Source: Candidatus Saccharimonadota bacterium (GTDB taxonomy: Bacteria; Patescibacteriota; Saccharimonadia; Saccharimonadales; Saccharimonadaceae). Taken from it: DNA of 64,000 nt. The translations under genes and the position numbers were made by a program. How positions within the stretch are numbered: the stretch's first letter is position 1; the number at the start of each line of letters is the position of its first letter. Under the pieces are notes generated by a model. That model worked only from the letters and a program-made list of their open reading frames with translations. It was not told where the DNA came from and ran no database searches. Where the stretch lies: contig JBAXBX010000002.1 in assembly GCA_037141755.1 (NCBI GenBank), positions 28,915 to 92,914 on the forward strand. Reading direction: 5' to 3'. Below, piece after piece: positions 18,709-27,724 of this stretch.

Positions 18709-19617
18709 ATGAAGACAAACAAAAGTAAGACATTGGTTAAGTCGGTTGTAAAGCGGGCGCGTCATCATATCAAGATGGCGGTTGTACCACATCATAAAAA
18801 CGGCTATCGACCACATTTAATTCGTGGCTATGGATTAGTGGCGTTGGCTTTTGTTGTGATTGGAATTCAGTTGGGTTACAACGTGGCGGCGACAGGCCAG
18901 GTACTTGGGATACAATCAGACATTACAATTAACGCAGTATTTGATCAAACGAATCAAGCTAGGATAGAAGCGGGTTTTTTGCCGCTGAAGTTGAATGCTA
19001 AGTTGAACCAAGCGGCTTATTTAAAGGCTGAGGATATGTTTGCTAAACAATATTGGGATCATATTTCGCCTGATGGTGTTCAACCTTGGAAGTGGTTTGG
19101 GGATGTTGGTTATAATTACGATGAAGCAGGCGAGAACTTGGCGAAGGACTTTACATCGACTGATGCAATGGTAACTGCTTGGCTAAATTCGCCCGAACAT
19201 AAAGCTAATTTGTTGCGAGAAAGTTATCAAGATGTTGGGTTTGCGGTTGTTGGTGGAGATTTGAATGGGCAACCAACAATACTAGTCGTGGCATTGTATG
19301 GCAAGCCAGCTACGGTTGCGGTAGCGGCTGCAGCTCAACCATTGGCGCCAGTTGCAGATGGGGCAGCATCAAATGGAAGCCTTAATTTATTAACTCAGTT
19401 TGTAGTTGCGTTGCAATCAATTACACCAGCGGTGATTGTTGGGTTGGTATTAATAGCAGCGGCAATCATTGTCGCCTTATTAGCGCATGCTTATAGACGC
19501 CGATTACCAAAACCTATTCGTTTGTCTTGGCGTCGTCACCACGGATTATACAAAGTTATGGTATTAATATCGTTTAGCTTTGTCGTGATTTTGGTGTATG
19601 GCGGGGGACAAATTTAA
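18709..19617 (+). CDS. CAP/SCP (YkwD-like) domain protein with N- and C-terminal TM segments
   Basis: YWDHISPDG, GENLAKDF and WLNSPEHKANLL are CAP-domain signatures. I prefer the ATG at 18709 over the GTG at 18682. Confidence 0.75.
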   Translation: MKTNKSKTLVKSVVKRARHHIKMAVVPHHKNGYRPHLIRGYGLVALAFVVIGIQLGYNVAATGQVLGIQSDITINAVFDQTNQARIEAGFLPLKLNAKLNQAAYLKAEDMFAKQYWDHISPDGVQPWKWFGDVGYNYDEAGENLAKDFTSTDAMVTAWLNSPEHKANLLRESYQDVGFAVVGGDLNGQPTILVVALYGKPATVAVAAAAQPLAPVADGAASNGSLNLLTQFVVALQSITPAVIVGLVLIAAAIIVALLAHAYRRRLPKPIRLSWRRHHGLYKVMVLISFSFVVILVYGGGQI

Positions 19618-19621
19618 GTTA

Positions 19622-19745
19622 GCTATTGGAATATGGCTATTAGAATATGGCAGTGAGTCACAGTAGGTTAATTAGAAGATGGCAATTAGTTTCATGCCAA
19701 TAGCCAATAGCCAAATTCCAATAGCGGCTGAAGCTATTGCTTCAG
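19622..19745. repeat. palindromic element built from GCTATTGGAATATG-type 14-nt units, plus a terminal hairpin
   Basis: The left arm 19622-19651 matches the reverse complement of the right arm 19696-19725. A CTGAAGC-tatt-GCTTCAG hairpin lies at 19728-19745. Related copies are at 25488, 44622 and 52834. Confidence 0.8.
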
Positions 19746-19803
19746 TCCATCACATCTGTTATAGTGGATAATTGATTAGTAAAAAGTAATAAGGAATTAT
19801 CAA

Positions 19804-20112
19804 ATGACAAAAGCAGTCGTTAAGATCGGTGGCAAACAATTTATTGTCGCCGAAAAAGAGACCCTACTGGTGGACCTCCTCCAGGAAGGCACAAAAGAGC
19901 TCACGCTTGATGCACTGTTGGTTATCGATGGCGATAAAACGCAGGTCGGCAAGCCAACCGTTAAGGGTGTTAAAGTAACCGCTAAGGTTATCGAAGACCT
20001 CGTAAAAGGTGACAAAGTCCGCGTTATTCGCTACAAGGCTAAAAAACGTGTTCACAAAGAAAATGGGCACCGCCAAAAATACAGCAAGATTGAAATTACT
20101 TCAATCAAATAA
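19804..20112 (+). CDS. rplU: 50S ribosomal protein L21
   Basis: AVVKIGGKQFIV start and a size of 102 aa. Confidence 0.95.
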   Translation: MTKAVVKIGGKQFIVAEKETLLVDLLQEGTKELTLDALLVIDGDKTQVGKPTVKGVKVTAKVIEDLVKGDKVRVIRYKAKKRVHKENGHRQKYSKIEITSIK

Positions 20113-20121
20113 CTGACTAAA

Positions 20122-20150
20122 ATCCCCGCAAAATCTGCGGGGATTTTTTT
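20122..20150 (+). terminator. rho-independent terminator after rplU
   Basis: ATCCCCGCA-aaatc-TGCGGGGAT followed by T7. Confidence 0.85.
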
Positions 20151-20197
20151 ATGTGCTCATGCTATAATGAATTCAAATAGAGAGGGAATATCAACAC

Positions 20198-20965
20198 GTG
20201 GCAACTGTAATTTCAGTGACTAATCAAAAGGGTGGCGTAGGCAAAACTACGACGGCTGTTAACCTGGCTTATTATATGGCAAAATTCGGTAAGAAGACTT
20301 TATTAATTGATTTTGACCCTCAGGGAAACGCGACTAGTGGACTCGGTATTGATAAGCAAGAACTAAAACTGACGATGTCTGATGTAGCGCTTGAACAAGC
20401 TACTTTAGACCAAATTATTATCCCAACTGATTACAAAAACTTTTTTTTAGCTCCGACTATACCGGGTTTGGCGAATGCTGAGGTTCAATTAGCTCAGGCT
20501 GACAGACGTTTTTCGCGACTTAAAAGCGCTATCGAAGCCTGTAAGGGTGAGTATGATGTAATTATTGTCGATAGTCCACCTAGTTTAAGCCTGCTGACCG
20601 TTAACGGGCTAGTGGCGGCTAAATATGTGTTATTGCCGGTTCAGGCTGAATTTTATGCCCTAGAAGGCTTAGGACAGTTACTAGAGACTATGAAGCTGGT
20701 GCGTAAAGGTATGAATCCGATGCTCGAACTGTTGGGTGTTTTGCCAACTATGATGGACACGAGGACGACTTTAAGCGGTCAGGTGCACGAAGAGATTAAA
20801 AAACATTTCCCTGGCAAGGTATTTGACACTGTTATCCCACGAAATATTCGTTTAGCTGAAGCACCAAGTCACGGTTTACCAATTGGTGCCTACGACAGGT
20901 TTTCAAAGGGCGCACGTGCCTATAAAGCGTTTTCAAAGGAGGTGATTAGTCGTGCCAGTATCTAA
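20198..20965 (+). CDS. parA: chromosome partitioning ATPase ParA/Soj
   Basis: Deviant Walker A NQKGGVGKTT, GTG start, followed by parB. Confidence 0.9.
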   Translation: MATVISVTNQKGGVGKTTTAVNLAYYMAKFGKKTLLIDFDPQGNATSGLGIDKQELKLTMSDVALEQATLDQIIIPTDYKNFFLAPTIPGLANAEVQLAQADRRFSRLKSAIEACKGEYDVIIVDSPPSLSLLTVNGLVAAKYVLLPVQAEFYALEGLGQLLETMKLVRKGMNPMLELLGVLPTMMDTRTTLSGQVHEEIKKHFPGKVFDTVIPRNIRLAEAPSHGLPIGAYDRFSKGARAYKAFSKEVISRASI

Positions 20966-21854
20966 TAAAAGCCAAAAACATGGTTTAGGCCGTGGATTTG
21001 AATCATTAATCCCAACTGACTTGCTGGATGAGTCATTTGATCCAACAGCGTCGCAAGATCAAATGGTTAGTGAACTGCGTAATATTAAAATTGATCAAAT
21101 AGTCATTGATCCTAATCAGCCGCGACGTCAATTTAGTCAGGAAGAACTGGATGAACTGGCGGATTCAATTGATGAACATGGTGTATTGCAGCCAATTATT
21201 GTCACACCATATAAAGGTGGTTATCAAATTGTAGCTGGCGAGCGCCGATATAGGGCGTCTAAGCAGGCTGGGCTTGATAAAATACCTGCCCTAGTTAGGA
21301 CTTTAACTGACCAACATAGATTAGAAATTTCATTGATTGAAAATCTACAACGTCAAGATTTGAATCCAATGGAAACAGCGACTGCCTATTTAAAATTGCG
21401 TGATCAATTTAATCTGACTATCGAGCAAATTGGTAAACGAGTTGGTAATCGTTCGATGAGTGCCGTCAGCAATAAATTGCGACTGTTGAAATTACCTGAT
21501 TTAGTAAAGGATGCATTAGTTAGTGGTAAGGTATCCGAAGGTCAAGCAAAACCTTTGATTGGGCTTGATGATGATATTATTGAAAAAGTTTTTCCAAAAA
21601 TTATCAAAGAAGAATGGACAGCCCGCAAAGTCGAACAATTTGTAGTTGATTTAAAAAAGAATCGTTTAGACCATGAAGTTGTTTCTCCAAAAAAGATTGT
21701 TGAACAGCCATATAGGGCGCAGCTAAAACGAATTCAAAATCATTTAAAAGCTGATGTCAGAATTCAAACAAATACTAGAGGCGCTGGACAAATTACAATT
21801 AAATTCAAAAACGAAAAAGAGTTTGAACGTTTGCAAGATTTATTAGGTAACTAA
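20952..21854 (+). CDS. parB: chromosome partitioning protein ParB/Spo0J
   Basis: ParB box GERRYRA, LQPIIV and an HTH region. Confidence 0.9.
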   Translation: MPVSNKSQKHGLGRGFESLIPTDLLDESFDPTASQDQMVSELRNIKIDQIVIDPNQPRRQFSQEELDELADSIDEHGVLQPIIVTPYKGGYQIVAGERRYRASKQAGLDKIPALVRTLTDQHRLEISLIENLQRQDLNPMETATAYLKLRDQFNLTIEQIGKRVGNRSMSAVSNKLRLLKLPDLVKDALVSGKVSEGQAKPLIGLDDDIIEKVFPKIIKEEWTARKVEQFVVDLKKNRLDHEVVSPKKIVEQPYRAQLKRIQNHLKADVRIQTNTRGAGQITIKFKNEKEFERLQDLLGN

Positions 21855-22468
21855 AACGTTCGTATTTTGTCGAATGGGAAAATCCGAACACTAACTGGCC
21901 CGACAACATCATAAAATGGAATTGTGCCAAGTCCGTTTCTTGAATCAAATGAATTTTGTCCTTGACGGTGATCGCCTGATACGAATAATTCGCCATCTGG
22001 TACAACTTCATCGATAGCGCCACTAGTTGGGCTACCAGGCTCGCCATTATTAGTATCATCAGGGTTAAAGCCGTTGTCTGGGTATGGATGTTCGTTATTA
22101 AAGACAGTATAGCTGCCGTTTTTCAGAATTACTCTTTCGCCAGGCAATCCAATAACGCGTTTTACGATAAATTCATCACTGACACCAGTTGTAAATAAAG
22201 GGTTTTTAAAGACAATAACCTGACCACGTTCGGGAATATATGTTTTATTTTGAATTTGAGCCCAAGTGACGGGAATACGATTAACTATCAGGCGATCACC
22301 AGTGTACATAGTTGTTTGCATACTTGGTCCGACTACACTGAAACTGCGAAAAACAAATGTATTTATTATAAGTGTGCCGATGGCGACACAAGCAACAAAT
22401 ATAATAATGCTGATGACATCTTTAATTACAGGGTAGCGTCTGAAAAAACTTGAATCCATTACTACCAC
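21851..22468 (-). CDS. lepB: signal peptidase I
   Basis: SMQTTMYTGDRLIVNR (catalytic Ser box), VKRVIGLPGE and GDHRQGQNSFDSR. Confidence 0.9.
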   Translation of the reverse strand: MVVMDSSFFRRYPVIKDVISIIIFVACVAIGTLIINTFVFRSFSVVGPSMQTTMYTGDRLIVNRIPVTWAQIQNKTYIPERGQVIVFKNPLFTTGVSDEFIVKRVIGLPGERVILKNGSYTVFNNEHPYPDNGFNPDDTNNGEPGSPTSGAIDEVVPDGELFVSGDHRQGQNSFDSRNGLGTIPFYDVVGPVSVRIFPFDKIRTF

Positions 22469-22563
22469 CTACTATACACTTTTTATTACTGTATGGACAG
22501 AAAAACTTATGCATATAAAGGTTTTAATATGCCTATAAGTTAGGTATAGTAGTATAAGTATTT

Positions 22564-24201
22564 ATGAATAAGAAAAATGCCTCTACTGACGGTTTTATTC
22601 CCAGAAGGTCTGGTGACCAGCTGGGTTCTTTGCATGACGAAAGAAATAAACGCTATGCCTTGACAGACATATCAGAGAATAGGCCACTTCACACTAATGG
22701 TGGAGATATTAATCGTCCGATTGGTGAACCGCAAACTGGTCGTGGACTGGGACGATCCGATATTGATGAATCGTTGAATGATATTGATGATGACAAGGCC
22801 CCAGTTAAAAAACTTAGTCGTCGTCAACGTCGACGTTTGGCTGGTCAGGTTAAAAGACCACGAAGCTTGGCGCGACGTATTATTAAATGGTTAATAATTT
22901 TGATTATATTGGCGGCGCTATCTGCTGGAGGGTATGTGGCCTACAAATTCTATGGTGCTGGTAGTAATATTCTGCAGGGTAGTTTTCTAGATATCTTGAA
23001 AAATCAGCCACTGAAACAAGACAGTAATGGCCGCAGTAATTTTTTGATTCTTGGAACGTCTGAGGACGATCCTGGTCATGATGGGGCAAATTTGACTGAC
23101 TCGATGCTGGTTGTCAGCATTGACCAGAATAACAAGAATATTTATATGTTTAGTGTACCGAGAGATTTGTATGTAAAATATGGAATGGCTTGTGTAGCGG
23201 GCTATTCAGGTAAGATAAATTCATATTTTAGTTGCGTTGATGATGGAACAACTGCTGAGGCCGAGCAAGATAGGCTGACTCAGACTCAAAAATTTGTTGG
23301 CGATATATTTGGCATGGATATTCAATACGGTATTCATGTTAATCATACTGTCATTAAAGAAGCAATTGATGCGGTTGGTGGAGTTGATGTTGACATTGAA
23401 GGTAGCAATGGTGATTCGGGTGTCTTGGATCGTAATTTTGACTGGCGCTGCAAGTACACTTGTTATTTAGTTAAATATGATAACGGCACATACCATTTAG
23501 ACGGCGAACATGCATTATATCTGTCGATGGCCAGGGGTGATGTAGCGCCAACCTACGGATTGAGCAATTCAAATTTTGATCGTGAAAAGAACCAACAAAA
23601 AATACTAATGGCCTTAAAAGATAAGGCAATGACGACTGGAACTTTAACTAACTTAAGTGCAGTTACAAAATTAATCGACACCTTTGGTGCGAATTTACGA
23701 ACAAATATTCAAACCAGCGAGATACGAACCCTGATGCAAATTTCTAGTGAGGTTAAAACAGCTGATATCTTTATGTTGAGTTTAGTCGGTGCTGATAATT
23801 CTGTGGTTACAACTGGCAATTATGATGGTGCCAGTGTGGTGATGCCTTCGGCTGGGATCTATGATTATAGTGAGATTCAAAGTTTCATTAAAAAGAATAT
23901 TACTAGCGATCCAATCGTCAAAGAGGCTGCGCCAATTGTAGTGTTGAATGGCACTGGTCAAACTGGATACGCACAAACGCAGGCTGATACGTTAACGGCT
24001 GCAGGCTATACTGTTTCATCAGTTGATAATGCACCTGACGGTACCTATGATAAAGTTGAAATATATCAAATCGGAACAGCTAATGTAAGCACGGCCGCTA
24101 AACTATCTAAGACTTATAATGTGACAATAAAGACAACCAAGCCACCAGTTTTAGTAACTGGTGATGTAAAATTTGTGATAATATTTGGGGCTACTAGTTA
24201 G
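22564..24201 (+). CDS. LCP family protein with a basic cytoplasmic N-terminus and a C-terminal LytR_C-like domain
   Basis: NFLILGTSEDD...LTDSMLVVSID...SVPRDLYV and LSMARGD. The tail reads VVLNGTGQTGYAQ. Confidence 0.8.
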   Translation: MNKKNASTDGFIPRRSGDQLGSLHDERNKRYALTDISENRPLHTNGGDINRPIGEPQTGRGLGRSDIDESLNDIDDDKAPVKKLSRRQRRRLAGQVKRPRSLARRIIKWLIILIILAALSAGGYVAYKFYGAGSNILQGSFLDILKNQPLKQDSNGRSNFLILGTSEDDPGHDGANLTDSMLVVSIDQNNKNIYMFSVPRDLYVKYGMACVAGYSGKINSYFSCVDDGTTAEAEQDRLTQTQKFVGDIFGMDIQYGIHVNHTVIKEAIDAVGGVDVDIEGSNGDSGVLDRNFDWRCKYTCYLVKYDNGTYHLDGEHALYLSMARGDVAPTYGLSNSNFDREKNQQKILMALKDKAMTTGTLTNLSAVTKLIDTFGANLRTNIQTSEIRTLMQISSEVKTADIFMLSLVGADNSVVTTGNYDGASVVMPSAGIYDYSEIQSFIKKNITSDPIVKEAAPIVVLNGTGQTGYAQTQADTLTAAGYTVSSVDNAPDGTYDKVEIYQIGTANVSTAAKLSKTYNVTIKTTKPPVLVTGDVKFVIIFGATS

Positions 24202-24236
24202 ACTGTGAGTCTAATCGTGCTATACTGGTAACAGAT

Positions 24237-25037
24237 ATGGAGTTTCTAAAAGTTGTCAAAAGACGCTCGTTTCTAAACGAAGTCATATATATCGCATTAA
24301 ACGTAGCTTTAGCGGTTGGTTTGATGTTGTTAATTAGAACTACTGGATCGGTTTATCCAGCGTTTGGGTTAGTTTTAATTAGTAAATGGCGTATATTTGC
24401 TGTTCGCCCACGGTTTTGGTTTGCTAATATCCAAACGAACATGGTTAGTTTTATTGTTAGTGTTAGTTATGTAACTTTCTTGTATACGACCAGCCTGACC
24501 AGTATGAGTGAATCTCAAATACTGATTCTTCAAAGTATATTGGCGATTTTCGATATCGCATGGTTAGTGTTGTTAAAGCCACAGTCAAAGCGAATTTATG
24601 TCGTGTTGCAGGCTGGCGTAGCTTTGTTTGTTGGGGTTACTGCTCTTAGTAGTGTGTCTTATGGGTGGATGTCATCGCCAGTTGTGTTGTTGACTTGGTT
24701 GATTGGTTACGCTGTTTCTCGACATGTGTTGAATAACTATGACGACGAAAGCCATACTTTGTTTTTAAGTCTAGCTTGGGGATTGGTATTGGCCGAAATT
24801 GGGTGGCTGGCATATCATTGGACAATTGCTTATCAATTGCCGATTTTCAACAAAATATTATTACCGCAAGTCTCGATTATTGCATTGTGTTTTGGATTTT
24901 TGACATTCAAAGCATATGATTCATACTATCATCACCAAAAGATTCGTCTTGTAGATATTATTTTGCCACTAATCTTTACAGTTAGTGTTGTTGCGATGTT
25001 GTTGGTCGCATTCAATAATGTTACTACTGGTGTTTAA
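24237..25037 (+). CDS. hypothetical polytopic membrane protein
   Basis: About 7 TM segments. TATACT lies 10 nt upstream of the ATG. I recognise no family. Confidence 0.5.
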   Translation: MEFLKVVKRRSFLNEVIYIALNVALAVGLMLLIRTTGSVYPAFGLVLISKWRIFAVRPRFWFANIQTNMVSFIVSVSYVTFLYTTSLTSMSESQILILQSILAIFDIAWLVLLKPQSKRIYVVLQAGVALFVGVTALSSVSYGWMSSPVVLLTWLIGYAVSRHVLNNYDDESHTLFLSLAWGLVLAEIGWLAYHWTIAYQLPIFNKILLPQVSIIALCFGFLTFKAYDSYYHHQKIRLVDIILPLIFTVSVVAMLLVAFNNVTTGV

Positions 25038-25851
25038 ATACTAGAATATAGTTGGCTTGTTGGTCGATTGTAAACGAATGTTGTCTTGCATAATTAATTA
25101 AATCTTGGTGTTGCTCTGGATCGGCTTCGATAATTAAATAACTGCCAGGTGACATTATTTTACTAGCTTGAATGATTAATTTATTGATTAAGGCTTTGCC
25201 GCCATCATCGGCGAATAGAGCCAGTGTTGGCTCGTAGTTGGTTTCAGGTGAACGTTTCCATGATCTGTCGACGTATGGTAGATTAGCGATAATAATATCT
25301 GGTCGGCCTTTGTATTTTTTTAACAAATCATTTTGTAGGAATGATACGTTGGCTGATAGTTTTTTGGCGTTTAAAGATGCAATCTCTAAGGCCTCAGCAC
25401 TGATATCGGTTAGTGTAATGTCAAGGTTGGGGAATTCTAATTTAGCGGTAATGCCTAGACATCCACTGCCTGTGCCAATGTCAATTAGGTTGGCTATTGG
25501 AATATGGCTATTGGAATATGGCAATACAATGCTTTTTAGGATAGTGATAATGTCTTCGGATTCGGGGCGGGGGATTAGAGTAGCTGGCGTGACTGTGAAA
25601 TTGCGTCCGTAAAATTCTTTGTAACCTGTAATATAGGCGCTTGGTATACGATTTAGGCGCTTGACTAAGTATCCATCGGCGTCTTTTGTCTGTTGATCAT
25701 CAAGAATTTGTTCTGGATGGGCGTGCAAATAGGTGCGGTCCTTATTTATGGCACAGGCCAAAAGAACTTCGGCGTCCAGGCGCGCGCTAATTATCTCGGC
25801 GACTGATAATTGTGTTGTTGCTGTACTTATCCAATCTTTAATGGCTGGCAT
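25024..25851 (-). CDS. prmC: release factor glutamine N5-methyltransferase PrmC/HemK
   Basis: SAM motif IDIGTGSG and a motif IV variant IIANLPYV (NLPY instead of NPPY). It overlaps the end of prfA. Confidence 0.9.
   Translation of the reverse strand: MPAIKDWISTATTQLSVAEIISARLDAEVLLACAINKDRTYLHAHPEQILDDQQTKDADGYLVKRLNRIPSAYITGYKEFYGRNFTVTPATLIPRPESEDIITILKSIVLPYSNSHIPIANLIDIGTGSGCLGITAKLEFPNLDITLTDISAEALEIASLNAKKLSANVSFLQNDLLKKYKGRPDIIIANLPYVDRSWKRSPETNYEPTLALFADDGGKALINKLIIQASKIMSPGSYLIIEADPEQHQDLINYARQHSFTIDQQANYILVFKHQ
25488..25527. repeat. tandem 14-nt repeat units of the dispersed family, located inside the prmC CDS
   Basis: ggttGGCTATTGGAATATGGCTATTGGAATATGGCaatac. The minus strand encodes [13 protein letters not shown]. 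Confidence 0.85.
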
Positions 25852-26908
25852 TTGCGGCGTTCAACTCTCTTTCATAGCCTTGTAAGTGTTCGATCAAGTC
25901 TTCGATATCACCGTTCATGGCGCCAGGAATGTTGCTACGTGAGTATCCGATGCGGTGGTCGGTAATGCGGTCTTGAGGGAAGTTGTAGGTTCTAATTTTT
26001 TCGCTGCGGTCGCCCGATCCGATTAGACTACGGCGTTCGGCGGTTTGTTTGGCTTGTTCGGCGTCAATTTTTTGTTGCAACAGGCGGCTGCGCAAAACAC
26101 CCATGGCTTTTTCTTTATTTTTGGTCTGAGATTTTTCGTCTTGGTTAATTACGACCATACCACTTGGAATGTGGGTGATTCGGACAGCACTGTCGGTTGT
26201 ATTAACAGATTGGCCGCCATGACCGCCTGAACGGTAAATATCGATACGCAAGTCATTGGCATTGATTTCGATGTCGGCTTCTTCGGCCTCGGGCAAGACA
26301 GCGACAGTAACCGTACTAGTGTGAATGCGACCCTGAGATTCGGTGGTTGGAATACGTTGCACGCGATGAACGCCAGATTCAAATTTAAGTTTAGAATATG
26401 GAGCGTCGCCTTTGACGCTAAAGATAACTTCTTTTAGACCGCCCGAATCGTTGGCACTTTCGTTGATAAGGTCGGTTTTAAGTGAGTGAGTTTCGCAATA
26501 ACGTAAATACATACGATAAAGTTCGGCGGCAAACAAACTGGCTTCGTCGCCACCAGCGCCAGCGCGAATTTCGACGATAATATTTTTTTCGTCGTTCGGG
26601 TCTTTGGGTGCTAGCATTGCAAATAAATCTTCTTCTAACTTTTCCAGGCGATTTTTGATGTCGTCTACTTCAAGGGCTGCCATTTCGGCCAATTCGTCAT
26701 TGCCGCCGGCAAGTTCTTTGGCTTCTTCAAGTTGGTTTTCAAGAGTATGGCGTAAAATTGCTTTTTCCAGAATTTTTTCAAGTTCGGTTAGGCGTTTATT
26801 TTTTACGGTGTAATTTGGGTCAGTATAAGCCGAAGGTGATGACAAAAATGAAGTAAGCTCGGTTTTTTCGAGTTGTAATTCGTCGATGTTGAGCGATATT
26901 TTTGCCAT
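25838..26908 (-). CDS. prfA: peptide chain release factor 1
   Basis: PTT tripeptide ([10 protein letters not shown]) and GGQ ([20 protein letters not shown]). Confidence 0.95.
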   Translation of the reverse strand: MAKISLNIDELQLEKTELTSFLSSPSAYTDPNYTVKNKRLTELEKILEKAILRHTLENQLEEAKELAGGNDELAEMAALEVDDIKNRLEKLEEDLFAMLAPKDPNDEKNIIVEIRAGAGGDEASLFAAELYRMYLRYCETHSLKTDLINESANDSGGLKEVIFSVKGDAPYSKLKFESGVHRVQRIPTTESQGRIHTSTVTVAVLPEAEEADIEINANDLRIDIYRSGGHGGQSVNTTDSAVRITHIPSGMVVINQDEKSQTKNKEKAMGVLRSRLLQQKIDAEQAKQTAERRSLIGSGDRSEKIRTYNFPQDRITDHRIGYSRSNIPGAMNGDIEDLIEHLQGYERELNAANASH

Positions 26909-26990
26909 ATTTTCCTTTAGCGTTTAACTTTCATAATTCATTGTAACAAAAAAGAGGCCATCGTGACGATAACCTCTTTTTAAAATAGCG

Positions 26991-27311
26991 CTACTTTTCA
27001 GTTTTGCTGGCTTTGCGAGTGCTGGCTTTTTTAGCTTTGCTGGCAAGCGCAACTTTGCGAGCTTCGGCAGCAGCAAATTTAGCTTTAAAGCGATCGACGC
27101 GACCTTCGGTGTCGATAATCTTTTCTTCACCTGTAAAGAATGGGTGAGAAGCTGATGAGATGTGGATTTTAACAAGTGGATACTCGTTGCCATCTTCCCA
27201 TTTAATAGTTTCGGTAGTTTGCGCGGTAGACTGTGTCAAAAACGCAAACCCAGCCACCTCGTCGCTAAATACGACAGGGCGATATTCGGTTGGGTGTAAT
27301 TTAGTTTTCAT
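26991..27311 (-). CDS. rpmE: 50S ribosomal protein L31, type B (Cys-less), with a Lys/Ala-rich C-terminal extension
   Basis: MKTKLHP...HPFFTG...GRVDRF core without CxxC, followed by a basic tail of about 30 aa. Confidence 0.9.
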   Translation of the reverse strand: MKTKLHPTEYRPVVFSDEVAGFAFLTQSTAQTTETIKWEDGNEYPLVKIHISSASHPFFTGEEKIIDTEGRVDRFKAKFAAAEARKVALASKAKKASTRKASKTEK

Positions 27312-27373
27312 ATTGGACTATTGTATCTGTTTTTTGGTGAATTGTCAAAGGGTAAAGTTGTTCGCTTACGGCA

Positions 27374-27422
27374 CGGGTCCTGCCGTCCGGTTTCCCCGGC
27401 CCAATCCCCACCGAACGTCACC
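27374..27422 (-). ncRNA. compact copy of a conserved bipartite structured motif
   Basis: The minus strand reads GGUGACGUUCGGUGGGG-auugggccgggga-AACCGGACGGCAGGACCCG. Both blocks are identical to 42777-42793 and 42843-42861. Confidence 0.5.
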
Positions 27423-27488
27423 TGTTTTAAATCTGTTACTTAGTCGAAAGTATAGTATACAACATTGAAAGGTGTAAATATCGTAAAT

Positions 27489-27507
27489 TCCTGGGTTGAA
27501 CCTAGGA
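27489..27507. repeat. imperfect palindrome TCCTGGGTTGAACCTAGGA
   Basis: Seen directly. It shares a GGGTT-S-AACC core with the next palindrome. Confidence 0.7.
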
Positions 27508-27553
27508 AAAATAAAACATGGTTCACTACAGAAGATAAGGTATCTACATATTT

Positions 27554-27580
27554 GTCAATCAGGGTTCAACCCTGATTGAC
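27554..27580. repeat. perfect 13-1-13 palindrome GTCAATCAGGGTT-C-AACCCTGATTGAC
   Basis: Seen directly. It lies in the divergent rpmE / DGR-target intergenic region. Confidence 0.85.
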
Positions 27581-27623
27581 TGAATGACGAATTATGATTA
27601 AAACTAGTTTATTGATTTATCAC

Positions 27624-27652
27624 TTGCATTTCTCTACGGGGGGGGCTACAAT
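27624..27652 (+). promoter_or_regulatory. putative promoter of the DGR target gene with a G8 tract in the spacer
   Basis: TTGCAT (27624-27629), then a 17-nt spacer containing G8 (27638-27645), then TACAAT (27647-27652). Confidence 0.5.
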
Positions 27653-27724
27653 AATAAGCATAAGTAATAATTAAGTTTTTTAAATGTATACACATAAGGG
27701 GTTATCCAAAATGAATAAAATATT

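Noticed and set aside
19622-19745. CRISPR array, prompted by the short tandem repeats
   Set aside because: The units are 14 nt and directly abutting, without spacers, and are arranged as inverted arms. No cas genes are present. This is not a CRISPR.
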